DNA of 64,000 nucleotides, taken from the IMG/VR virus record IMGVR_UViG_3300028864_000016, positions 62,001 through 126,000 of that record. One strand, 5' to 3'. Positions 8,938-20,200 of this stretch are shown in pieces. The notes under the pieces were generated by a model. The model was not told where the DNA came from. It saw only the letters and a program-made list of their open reading frames with translations, and did not search any database. Numbering within the stretch: the first letter of the stretch is position 1; each line of letters opens with the position of its first letter. A program made the position numbers and the translations under genes.

Positions 8938-9275
8938 CAGCAACACCTCCTAGAATTATATTTTCAATAACCCTTTGAGGTGGAAAACGTATAACCACCG
9001 TCTCATCCATAACGGCATATATGATAGAATAGTTTTACTATATTTTATAGATTTAAATGTTAAGTAGATTAATAAACCCCTTTATTTATATTAACTTTTC
9101 TCTACAGAATATAGTAAGATTATTATACCATAAAATTGGAAATATGGATATTATTATTTTGATTAATTGATTGTATTAAGAATAGAAGATTTTAGAAGTG
9201 TATTCAATGATATGATTAATTAGATTAATTACAGAATTTGATTTAAAAATATGTAAGACTAGCGATTTTTAGTTG

Positions 9276-9731
9276 CTAGTCTTTTTTTATAGGATAATAT
9301 TGATTTATATAAATTAACGTTTGTGCATTTATATCATTTACTGATAATCTCAAACATTCAATAAATAGTTGTTGTTTACTATCAGTTATCTTTTTATTAC
9401 GCATTACCATTTCAATAACCTTTTCATCTATGTTTTCACCTTTAAATATTTGTATAAACGACGAAGTTTTATGGTTTTGTGTTATTGAAAAGGACGTCAA
9501 CCAAGTTATAATTCTTTCTGCTAATTGTTTTGGTTTATATGTTTCTTCATAATAATTATCATAATCTTCTATAGGAAAACGACCCTCTAATCTTTCAAAA
9601 TATTGTTCCATCATATATTCAATTTCTTTACTTGGAGTTCTTTTATCAGTAATGCTTAAAAATTCTATATCACTTTTCATTCTATCCGGAAGTGTAATTA
9701 TTATCCTTGACTTATCATTTGGGATTGCCAT
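9276..9731 (-). CDS. Ribbon-helix-helix (Arc/CopG-like) transcriptional regulator
   Basis: N-terminal RIIITLPDRMKSDIEFLSITDKRTPSKEIEYMM fits the RHH strand-helix-helix pattern. Confidence 0.65.
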   Translation of the reverse strand: MAIPNDKSRIIITLPDRMKSDIEFLSITDKRTPSKEIEYMMEQYFERLEGRFPIEDYDNYYEETYKPKQLAERIITWLTSFSITQNHKTSSFIQIFKGENIDEKVIEMVMRNKKITDSKQQLFIECLRLSVNDINAQTLIYINQYYPIKKD

Positions 9732-9982
9732 AATGCTCTCTCCTTTAATATGTTTATTTTGTACACTTATATTGTAACATATTTATTTAGAAAATAAAAG
9801 TGAATATTAATTATATATTCTGAAACTTTTATATTGACAAGGTGTACACCTAGGTAGTATTATAAATACATAAGGTTGGTAAACAAAACCAATCAAATAA
9901 AAATAAGGCAACAACATAGAAGTTATCACCTAGTGTCTCGCAAATACTAGTATAACACATGTTTCAGCCTTAATCAAGGGAG

Positions 9983-10447
9983 ATGTGTATTGTGGGACAA
10001 GTATTAACAAATCAATATCCAAGGGAAGATTATTATGTAGGAATGCAAATTGACTGTAGGAATATTTTTATCAATTATGGTCACTGGTTAGAAAAGCAAG
10101 GTATTGAAAACGAAGGTGATATATCAGATTATGAAACATTTTTAAAGAAATGGAATGAAGAAAAAGAATTACAAAGGGATTTAGAATATAGTGATTTGAT
10201 GGCTTTTATAAGAGAAAATGAATTTGATAACTTGAATTTGTACAAGCAAGAAGATTATTACGATGAAGAGTATGATAAAGTCACCTGTATATATGGAGAA
10301 GAATTCTTCGATATAATAGGTATTAAAGAAAAGAAGTTTAGAAATTTGTTCGTGAAAAGCGAATACATAAGTGAGTATGAAGACAGAATGAATATAGTTA
10401 TTGAAACAAATGGCGGAAGACAAGGATATATATTAGAAGTTTCTTAA
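9983..10447 (+). CDS. Hypothetical protein, divergent from the RHH regulator
   Basis: 154-aa ORF downstream of TTGACA-18-TATTAT (9834-9863). Confidence 0.5.
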   Translation: MCIVGQVLTNQYPREDYYVGMQIDCRNIFINYGHWLEKQGIENEGDISDYETFLKKWNEEKELQRDLEYSDLMAFIRENEFDNLNLYKQEDYYDEEYDKVTCIYGEEFFDIIGIKEKKFRNLFVKSEYISEYEDRMNIVIETNGGRQGYILEVS

Positions 10448-10831
10448 AGTGTAATGTTGTTAATTTATAGGGTTTATTTTGATATATGTAAGACTAGATG
10501 ACTTCGTAAGTATGTCATACATAGATGAAGGTAAAAATGATATAGAATTGATGGTTAAGTTTAATAGAATTAATCAAAGATATATTATCGGAGTTTAGAT
10601 AATATATATAAGGGAGATATATAAATAGAGTTGTTAGTTATATCTGTTATTGTATTTCATATTCTAAATTATGGTATAATAACAGATATAATATTAATAT
10701 AGAAGGTGATTATTTTGAAAGTCAAAAGAAAACGAGGATGCCCAATTAAATCTATTAAATCAGATAAGCATAAAAGAATAATAAAAGCAACTATAATAGA
10801 ATCAAAGACTAAAAAAATTGGGGGTGTTGTT

Positions 10832-10984
10832 ATGATTGAATTAACTAGACCGTTAAGTTATGGATTTATTGTAAGAGAAGATAAAGTGGAAGATTTTTTA
10901 AACCATAAAAGAGACAAAAGTAAACTAGAAAGAGTTTTAAGAAAAGCTAATAAACTAAGAAAAAATATGGGAGTACACGAATAG
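10832..10984 (+). CDS. Small putative antitoxin partner of GNAT (50 aa)
   Basis: ATG 10832 with GGGGTG RBS; stop TAG abuts the GNAT ATG; size and order typical of GNAT type II TA pairs. Confidence 0.5.
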   Translation: MIELTRPLSYGFIVREDKVEDFLNHKRDKSKLERVLRKANKLRKNMGVHE

Positions 10985-11521
10985 ATGTTGTATGGGGAGA
11001 GTATTAACTTTAATATATTTAAATTGACTAAAGAGTACTTATCAATGGTTGAAAATTTTACATGTGGTAATGATGAAATAGATAAATATTTAAAAACAAA
11101 AGCTTTTGAAGACTTAGAGTTTGGTAATAGCTTTACTAGAATTATTATTAATAAAGATAATAATGAATTGATAGGTTATTATTCTATTAATTGTTCATCT
11201 ATAGTAATGGAAAATTACAATCATAGGTATTTTTCTCCTGCAATAGAAATTAAAATGTTTGCATTGAGTGAAAAATATCAAGGGATTAGACTTTCTAATG
11301 AAGACGATGATATGTTTAGTGACCAAATTCTATGTGAAATAATAAGTAAAATAGTTGGAATTACTGAAGCGTATATATCAGCAAGGAGTATAATACTATA
11401 TTCAGTTCCAAAAGCTAAAAGTTTTTATGAAAGAAATGGATTTGAAGCGTTTGTGGAATATATGCTTAGTAGTGACGATATGTATATTAAAGATTGTATT
11501 CCGATGTGGTTTCAATTATAA
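10985..11521 (+). CDS. GNAT-family acetyltransferase (AtaT/TacT-like putative toxin)
   Basis: FTCGNDEIDKYL, IKMFALSEKYQGI (motif A) and AKSFYERNGF (motif B) are typical of GNAT toxins. Confidence 0.75.
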   Translation: MLYGESINFNIFKLTKEYLSMVENFTCGNDEIDKYLKTKAFEDLEFGNSFTRIIINKDNNELIGYYSINCSSIVMENYNHRYFSPAIEIKMFALSEKYQGIRLSNEDDDMFSDQILCEIISKIVGITEAYISARSIILYSVPKAKSFYERNGFEAFVEYMLSSDDMYIKDCIPMWFQL

Positions 11522-11682
11522 AGTTGATTATAATTTGCTCTTATGAGTGTTATAATATATATAGGAACAAGTTAGTTAATGGGGTTGCAAACCTGTTAAT
11601 TTAATTAAAGGAGATTTTACTAACCGTCTCCGTTCCTATTTTTTAATATGGTTAGTAAATAAATTAAAGCGAGGTTAGTGTT

Positions 11683-13521
11683 ATGAGCAATGAAGAATAT
11701 CATAGAATTATAGAAAAATTCAAAGATGAAAATAAGGAATTAATTGAAAGTGGTAAATATAAAAAAATGTTTACTGAGAATTTACCAAAATGGAATAATG
11801 GGTGTTATATAGGTAAAATAAATTGGGAAAAAAGTATTGGATATAAAGTATTTTTTATATACGATAATTTAATAGGATGGATAAATATTATTAAATATAT
11901 TAAAGGAAAACAGCCAAAAGTAAAAATTTTATACAAAAGTAAGGAAGCTATGTTATTAACAAGTTGCTTTAGTAATTGCATAATAGGTGAGATACTAGGA
12001 AAGAAAACAAAAGATTTTAAAATAGAAATCGGAACTCATTATAAAGATAGTCAAAGGGATATAACTATTACGGATATGAAGAGAGAACAAAATGAAAATG
12101 GTAAATGGAGTAAATTATATAAATACACTTGCAATGTTTGTGGGTTTGACTGTGGAGAACACTACTATCCTAGAGATAAAAAATACAAAGACGAATTATG
12201 GATAGGGGAAAGTAATTTATTAAAACATAAACAAGGTTGTTCGTGTTGTCATAGTGTTATAGTAGTAAATGGAATAAACGACGTTATAACAACCGATCCT
12301 TGGATGATACCATATATAGGTAAAGAATGTGCTAAGACTCATACGCATGGGAGTAATGACAAAGTTCAAGTAACTTGCACTGACTGCGGAAGAATTAGAG
12401 ATAAGAAAATAGAAATAAATAAGATATACACTTACAAATCTATCGGGTGTTCTTGTAGCGATTCAGTTAGTTACCCAAACAAAATCGCATATTCTTTACT
12501 AGAACAATTAAATCAAATATATAAGTTTGATTATTTAGAACATGAATATTCGCCTGAATGGATAGGATTAAAAAGATATGATAATTATTTTATTTATCAA
12601 AAAAAACAATATATACTTGAAATGGATGGCAAGTGGCATTCTAAAGACAATAAAATGAGTGGACAAACCAAATATAAATCCAAAGCTATAGATGATTATA
12701 AAGATGAACAAGCTAGATTACATGGTATTGAAGTTATTAGAATTGATTGTACGATAAGCGATTTAAATTTTATTAAACAAAACGTATTGAGTAACAATAA
12801 TATAAATAATTTATTTGATTTACGCAAAATAGATTGGCAAAAGTGTGAAGATTTTGCTTTATCTAACTTAGTCAAAGTGGTTTGTGAATACAAAAGAAAC
12901 AATTCTAATATAACTGCTTTTAAAATTGCAAAAATAATGAAATTATCTCAAGGAACAATAAGAACCTATCTCAAAAAAGGCAGAGAATTATATTGGTGTG
13001 ATTATGATGCTAAAGAAGAGCAAAGAAAGAGTATAGAAAAATATAGATTAGATAAAAGTAAAGAAGTAAAAATATTTAAAGACGGAGTTTATTTAGGGAA
13101 ATTTATTTCATGTTCAGATTTAGCTAGAAAGTCAGAAAAATTATTTGGTGTTAAATTAAAAGGTGGAGGAATTATTAGAGTTTGTAATGGCAAAGCAATA
13201 CATTATAAAGGATATAAATTTGAATATGCAAATATAACAGACAAGGAACATATAATTATAGAACAAAATAAGTCTATTTTAAAGACAAAACATGTTATAT
13301 GTTTAAATAATAGAATTATAACATATAATGTAACACAATGTGCTAAGAATAGTTTACAATTATTTGGGATTAAAATATCATATTCATCAATATATAATAT
13401 TTGTAATAATAAACAAAAAGAGATAAAAGGCTTTATGTTTAAATATATTCAAGATTTAACAGAAGAAGACTATATAACATATGATATAACTAATAAGCTA
13501 AAAGAATTAAAAGCTATATAA
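11683..13521 (+). CDS. Free-standing homing-endonuclease-like protein (Cys-rich zinc ribbons, PD-(D/E)xK/Vsr-like core, NUMOD1-like repeats)
   Basis: CxxC pairs; RYDNYF...YILEMDGKWH nuclease core; C-terminal IIRVCNGK...YKGYKFEY and IYNICNNK...IKGFMFKY repeats. Confidence 0.7.
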   Translation: MSNEEYHRIIEKFKDENKELIESGKYKKMFTENLPKWNNGCYIGKINWEKSIGYKVFFIYDNLIGWINIIKYIKGKQPKVKILYKSKEAMLLTSCFSNCIIGEILGKKTKDFKIEIGTHYKDSQRDITITDMKREQNENGKWSKLYKYTCNVCGFDCGEHYYPRDKKYKDELWIGESNLLKHKQGCSCCHSVIVVNGINDVITTDPWMIPYIGKECAKTHTHGSNDKVQVTCTDCGRIRDKKIEINKIYTYKSIGCSCSDSVSYPNKIAYSLLEQLNQIYKFDYLEHEYSPEWIGLKRYDNYFIYQKKQYILEMDGKWHSKDNKMSGQTKYKSKAIDDYKDEQARLHGIEVIRIDCTISDLNFIKQNVLSNNNINNLFDLRKIDWQKCEDFALSNLVKVVCEYKRNNSNITAFKIAKIMKLSQGTIRTYLKKGRELYWCDYDAKEEQRKSIEKYRLDKSKEVKIFKDGVYLGKFISCSDLARKSEKLFGVKLKGGGIIRVCNGKAIHYKGYKFEYANITDKEHIIIEQNKSILKTKHVICLNNRIITYNVTQCAKNSLQLFGIKISYSSIYNICNNKQKEIKGFMFKYIQDLTEEDYITYDITNKLKELKAI

Positions 13522-13581
13522 AATAATTGGAATAATTAACTAAATCATGTTATAATCTTCTTATAAAGGGGTGATTGTAAC

Positions 13582-14133
13582 ATGAAAGAAAAATTATATC
13601 TTTATAAGAAGAAAATTATTTTAACCATACTTAGTATAATGATATGTATAAGTATTGGATTTGGTGGATTATATATTAAAAGTGTTAATAGTGTAAAAGA
13701 TTACAAATCATTTTGCAATAGTTATTTTGAAATAGATAAAAATATTTCAAAGAATGAAGAAGCATATTTAATGTATGTTAAGGCGATAAAAAATTATGTA
13801 ACCGTATTTACCAAATATGAAGGTCATGCGAAGCTTTCTGATGATAATAAAGTTAATATAGAAAAAGAAACTGAAGAGTATAATGGTTATATTAATGAAT
13901 TGAAAAAATTAAATCCACCACAAGAATTTAAAGATGATTATAAAAAACTAATAGACTTATATGATAAAGATAGTATTCGTAAAGAAAATATTAATAGAGA
14001 TTTTACAAATAACAATGCAAATAATATTAAAGATGATTATTTGATCGATAATAAAGATTTAACTCAATTAAGAAATGATTTTCAAAGCAAAATAACTATA
14101 ATATCAAAACAAAAAGACATAAAATTAAATTAA
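13582..14133 (+). CDS. Membrane-anchored hypothetical protein (moron)
   Basis: N-terminal basic stretch plus hydrophobic helix; own -10 TGTTATAAT upstream and hairpin/T-run downstream. Confidence 0.55.
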   Translation: MKEKLYLYKKKIILTILSIMICISIGFGGLYIKSVNSVKDYKSFCNSYFEIDKNISKNEEAYLMYVKAIKNYVTVFTKYEGHAKLSDDNKVNIEKETEEYNGYINELKKLNPPQEFKDDYKKLIDLYDKDSIRKENINRDFTNNNANNIKDDYLIDNKDLTQLRNDFQSKITIISKQKDIKLN

Positions 14134-14201
14134 TAAAGCAAAAAAGAACAACATCTCACTATATTGTTGTTCTTTTTTTGTATAATGAAGGAGATAATGT
14201 A

Positions 14202-14795
14202 ATGGGAATTAAATTAAAAGAAAAATACATAAAAAACAAATTAAAAGATAAGTTTGGAGAATTAGAAGTTTATAACCCACAACATAACAATAAAATACTG
14301 ATAGAATTAACAAAACTGATTGCTGATAATTCAAAAGAAATTCAATTAGATAATAAACAATCTGATATAGAAGTAATAAATACAATTAAAATTATGCGTT
14401 TTTTAATTATTAACTGTACAAATTTAGAAAATGAAGAATATTGGAATAATATTGATGATATTAGATTAGAAGAAATGTTAAACTTTGCCGATGGTGATTT
14501 TAAAAAAGCAGTTAATTCATTATTAGATATAATGTTAGAAATAGGAAATGATGTTAGAATTCAAAGTATTAGAAAATTAGATATTTTACAGAATAAATTA
14601 AATGAACTAGTTGAATCGGTAAAGGCTGATAATAATATTAATAAAACTTTAGCTAAGTTTGGATTGGATAAAGAGAAACTAATTAAATTACAAAATGGTG
14701 ATGAACACATTGCGAAAGAATTTCAAGAAAATATGATAAAAAGCATTGAAAGAGAAGTAAAACCCAAAAGACAATATAATAAAAAGAAAAAATAA
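14202..14795 (+). CDS. Putative tail assembly chaperone
   Basis: Immediately upstream of the tape measure; ATG 14202 with AAGGAGA RBS. Confidence 0.55.
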   Translation: MGIKLKEKYIKNKLKDKFGELEVYNPQHNNKILIELTKLIADNSKEIQLDNKQSDIEVINTIKIMRFLIINCTNLENEEYWNNIDDIRLEEMLNFADGDFKKAVNSLLDIMLEIGNDVRIQSIRKLDILQNKLNELVESVKADNNINKTLAKFGLDKEKLIKLQNGDEHIAKEFQENMIKSIEREVKPKRQYNKKKK

Positions 14796-14861
14796 TGGAG
14801 AGTGATTTTATTTATTGCTCTCTTTTTTATGTGTAAATATGAAAGGAGAGAATAATAAGAT

Positions 14862-16947
14862 ATGGCTGGTGAATATAAAAGTTCGATACGTCTTGGCGTT
14901 CAGTTAGAAAGTGAAAAAGATGTTAGTGGAAGATTACAAACTTTAATAAATACTTTACAAAAAGAAAAAATTAATTTAGATATAAATATTGCAAATTCAG
15001 ATGTAGCTAAACAATTAGAAACTTTAACTACTTTAGCAAATAATTTTAAAAATAGTTTGGGTAGTAATGTTTCATTAGGTAACGTGAATGAGATTATTAA
15101 TCAAGTTACCTCTGCAATGGTTAGTATGAATGACCAAGTATTAAAGACATCAAGAGTTGATATAGGTGATGGAATAACCAAACAATTAAAACAAACTGCT
15201 GAAGGTATTGGTGTAGTTAAAAGAGAATTACAATTATTAGATAAAGATGATAATAACACTTCTAAAATAAAACCTACAACTACAACAGATTATAATAAAA
15301 TAAGACAATCAATAGAAGATATAACAAAAGCACAAAAGCAATTAAATGCCTTAGAATCTAATGGATTTTCTGATATTAATAAGATTGCTTACTTAAAAAC
15401 TATGCTAAGTAATCCAAATAGTATAGGTTCAGATAATGAATTAAAAGGTTATTTAAATCAAGTTAAAGAATTGTTAGCAACTGAATCAAAAGTTATTGAA
15501 TATTCAAATAAATTAAATTCTCTGAAGTCTAATATGACTAATTTAACCGATGAGAAATATTCAAATGTTTTAAATACACAATCATTTGAACAAATAATTA
15601 ATGAGATAAATAATGCTCAAAATGGATTGAAAAACTTCGATGGTATAAATTTAAACGGCTTAAAACAACAATTTGATGAGTTGAGTGGAACTGTTTCTAA
15701 GTTTAGCACTGAAACTATAAGTTCTCAAAAAGCAGAACAAGATAATATAAAACAAAGAGAAAAATTAGAATCAGATAGGATATCTCAAATTCAGAAAGAA
15801 ATAGATTTAAGCAATAAATTAGTTGAAAATGAACAAAAGAGACAAGTAAAAGATGATTCAGCTAATTTAAAGCAATTAGAACAAGAACAGACTCTGTTAC
15901 AAAAACAAGCAGAAGCATACCAACATATAGACGCATTAAAATCAAACGGAATAGTAAATGAATCAGATATATCTAAACTTGAACAAATGGTTAAGAATTC
16001 TAAATCACTTCAAGATGTACGTAATGCAATTAATTCTATTATGAATACATCAATGATGAAAGAATCGTCTATTGTTACTATGTCTAAACAATTAGATGAT
16101 GCACAAATTAAATTGGATAAAATGAAGCAGAGTTTCGGAAATAAGTTGCCACAAGGCTTCGTAGAATCTACACAATCTGAAATTAATAAATTAAAAGAAG
16201 ATTTAACTAAAGTAGATAGTATGGGATTCAATGGTCTTAAAAATAGCTTGAATCAAGTTAATACTAATATGAAAGTAACCACTAACGAAACTCAACAATT
16301 AGTTAATTCTTTGAAAGAAACTAACAATGGTTCATTCTTTAGTGGAATCTCTAATTTTTTAGGTAAAGTTGGTATTTTTTATGGTGTTCAACAGGTAGTT
16401 CAAGAGATTAGTCAGCAGTTTAAAGATGCTAGTGAATATACTCAATCTTTAGATAAAAATGTGACAAATATTGAAATGATCACCTCGAAGAGTAAGGAAG
16501 AAGTTATTGGATTAACTAATCAATTTAAGGAATTAGGTGCTCAATTACATATAACTAATCAAGAAATGTTAGCAGGGTCAGAAGAACTTTTAAGGGCAGG
16601 TTTTGACAATAACACTACCAATAAAATGCTGGAAGCAAGTTCGATGGCTAGTAAGATTTCAGGTCAAACTACACAGGCAACAACAGAACAATTAATTGCA
16701 ATTAAGAATTCTTTCAATATGACTGGCGACCAAATGCAACATGTAATTGATGTTATTTCTAAATTAGATAATTCTAGTGCTACAAGTTTCGCTGAAATTT
16801 CTTCAGCAATTATGAGAACTAGTTTTAGTGCCCAACAAGCCGGAACAAGCTTTGATACGCTTTCAAGCTATGTAACTACAGTAAGTGAGAAGACTCGTAG
16901 ATCGGCAGAGACTATTGGAGAAGCATTTAAGAGTATTTATAGCAGAT
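14862..16947 (+). CDS. Tape measure protein, exon 1
   Basis: Long coiled coil, then TP901-type TMP core (LGAQLHITNQEMLAGSEELLRAG...TIGEAFKSIYSR); ends at a U typical of a group I 5-prime splice site. Confidence 0.85.
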
Positions 16948-17260
16948 TAATGATAAAAATAGTCTGCCTATACAGTAATGTATAGATAAAAACTAGGTGA
17001 ACCTGTAAATATAGGGTGTGCTATTAAATATAGTGCTAACGATGAAAGTCTAAGTTATTTAATAAAATAAATAATATGATAATATCGTGCCAAGTCTAAG
17101 TAATTAGAAAGGTGTAACGACTAAATTGGATTAATAATCCTAAGAGGTTTGAGGTGAAATTCCTTATTCCGTAGTGCCTAGCCCTCATGTGAGGTGAAGA
17201 GATAGTCTACTCCCACTTTTTAATAAGTGTTAAAGTATAGTGAAAACTAGGGTAAAAAGG
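16948..17260 (+). mobile_element. Group I self-splicing intron (313 nt, no ORF) in the tape measure gene
   Basis: P1: exon GCAGAU pairs with intron GUCUGC with terminal U-G; P2 ctatacagtaatgtatag; R element aacgacta; S element aagagatagtct; terminal G17260; splicing restores the frame SRYYNIKLGNIDEDG. Confidence 0.85.
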
Positions 17261-20200
17261 ATTATAACATAAAGTTAGGGAATATTGATGAGGATGGTAA
17301 AAACATAAATGACGTTGAGAAGGCAATGAATAACGTCGGTATTGCAATTCGTTCATCTAAGGGTGAGTTTAAGGATTTCGATGAGGTTTTAAATGAATTT
17401 GTGAATAAATATAAAAAAGGAACAATGAGTCAAGTTGATTTCTTAGCTGGAATAAACACGCTCGGTGGTTCTAGACAGAAAGAGACGATACTTAGTTTAG
17501 TCGAGAATTTCGACCAAGTTAAAAAACATCAAGATGATTTAACAAAAGCTACTGGTTCAGCTAAACAAATGTATGATGTTTATTCTCAATCTTTAGAAGC
17601 AAGAATATCTGATCTAAAAAGAGCATTTGAAGGATTGTATGAAAAAATAATGTCTTCGGATTCTTTAAAATGGCTAGTTTCAGAAGCTACTAATTTAATA
17701 ACTGCACTATCAAATCTAGATGGAAAATCAATAACATATATAGCAACAATTGGAACATTAAGTTTAGCATTGTCAAAATTAGTTAAAATTAACAAAGAAT
17801 TGATGCTATTAACTACAGAAGGTGGAATAGTAACTGGATTAACTAAATTTATTGGATTAGCTTCGGGAATGGTATCTTTAGAGAATGGGGCTACCGGTGT
17901 AGCAACTGCATTTGGTGTATTAGGAACTAGTATTAAAGGAGCTACTGCATCCGCTATGGGTTTTATAGCTACGCCAATTGGTTTAGCTATAACTTCAATC
18001 ACTGCTGTTATAGGAGTTGCAATTTATGGATTTGTTTCGTATCAACAACATCAAGCTGAGTTAACAGAACAATCTAAGTCTCTTAAATCAGCACTCGATG
18101 GCGTTAATAATTCTCTAAAGGGTGGAGACACTACTAAGGCACAAGAAGAAGCTAACAAAATGAAATCAGCACAAGAAAAGTTACAACAATATATTGAGTT
18201 AAGAAAGAAAGCACAAGATACTGATTCTAAATCATTAAATCCTACTGCAAGCGGTACAAACCAAACATCTGTAATAGAAGGGTTTAATCAAAAAATTAAA
18301 GAACAAATAAAAGTACTTACCGATGCTGGTTATACAGTTGAAGAAACTACTGGGAAAATAAAAGAATTTACTGACGCACAAGATAAAATATATAATACTA
18401 AAATAATAAATAGTATTAAAGAACAAACAAAATCACAATTAGAACATAGAGAAAATTTAGACAAAGTACAAGCTGAATATAATAATTATATTTCAACAGT
18501 TAAAAATTTGTATACAGAATATCAAAACTTATCTGCACAAGAAAATTTGTCGGCGGAACAAAAAACTAAACTACAGGGTACAGTAGAACAATTACAAGGT
18601 AAAATGAGTGGATTGAATGTCTCTATTGATGAAAATGGAAAAGTATTAATTTCAAATTCACCATTAATAGAAGCAAATATTCAGAAATTAATATCAGAAG
18701 GACTTACAGTTGATAATTTATCAGCTATTCGTATAACAGATTCTAAGGTAAATTCTCAATGGCAAGTAGGGAATTCTCAAGTTACATATAATGAAATAAC
18801 AAATAGAATTGAAATGTATAAAGCTGAGATAAAAGCGATACAATCTGTTATTCAAGCAAGAATGGCTGGGGCATCTGATTATTCAACGATGAGTATAGGT
18901 AAAGCACAAAGTCTAGAAGCTGGTTCACCAGAATTTGATAAACTAAAAGAAGAAACTGACCAATTACATGCGTATGAGAAAGCGAAAAAAGAAGCAGATG
19001 ATTTATATGCTGGGATAGGAAGTGTTGCATATTCTGCTCCTAGTGGAGGTGGTGTACAAACACCATCTAATGGAGATTATATGCCTTCTGGTGGGGATTC
19101 TAGCGAGAAAAAAAAGGCAGAAAAAGAACTTGAAGATTCAGAAAAGAAAATGTTATCTAATATCACAGATGCTTATAAACAAGCAAAAGATACTATATCG
19201 AATAATATTGAAGAAATAGATGCAAAGATAACTGGATTAGGTGATATAGATGATTCTAATTTTACTCAAAAAGTTTCACTTGTAAATGATAAAATAGGTG
19301 AACAAAAGCAAATAGTTGAAAAAGCACAAGAACAGTTAGACTCTTTAAAAAATACAACGGTAACAACGGCAGATGCACAAAAGGAACTTGAATCTGCAAC
19401 TTTATCTGCATCGAAGGAATTACGACAAGAAAGTTTAGAAGTAGCAAAATTACAATCAGAAATTGAAAAAACTGATATTGATGAACTAAAGAAAATGTAT
19501 GAAGATCAACAAAAGATTGAAACAGAAACTTTAGAAGCTAATCAAAAAGCACAAACAGATAAAATAGAATCTATTAAGAAAGCACAAGAAGATGCACATA
19601 ATGAGATAATGGATGACTATGAGGATGAATTAGATGCTTTAGATAAAAAATCTAAGAAATTAGATGAAGATAATGACAAGATAGATAGAGCTAATGAATT
19701 AGAAAAAGAGAAAAATGATTTAACAGAAAAACAAAAAGAGTTAAATAATGTTAAAAGTCAATTAACTAATCAAGTATATCAAAAGCAAGCAGATGGAACA
19801 TGGCAATTTGAGTATGTTGCAGATACTCAAAAGATTGCAGAAAAACAAAAAGAAGTTACAGAAGCACAAAAAACTCTTGATGATACAAATAGAAAAAATT
19901 CACTAGATGATGCTAAAAAAGAAATAGAAGATAAAAAAAGTGTTATTGAAGCTGATAAAAAAGCAGAAGATGAAGCATATACAAAGAAGAAAGCATATTT
20001 AGATGAGTATTCCTCTTATTTGAAAGAATCACAAGAGAGAGACACGAAACGTCTCGAGAATCATTATTCAGATATTGAAAAAATGGCAAAAGATACATTA
20101 AAGAAATTAGAAGAAGAGCATAACAATGATTGGAATGCTATTTCAGATTCAATTTCAGCTACACTAACTAGAACTAAAAAAGCATTAGAAGACTTAACTA

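Noticed and set aside
10706-10831. N-terminal extension of the GNAT partner given by the ORF track
   Set aside because: The best RBS precedes ATG 10832; the upstream frame is low-complexity and lysine-rich.
14700-14861. Lambda G/GT-type -1 frameshift in the tail chaperone
   Set aside because: No extended alternative frame between the chaperone stop and the TMP start; a hairpin/T-run fills the gap.
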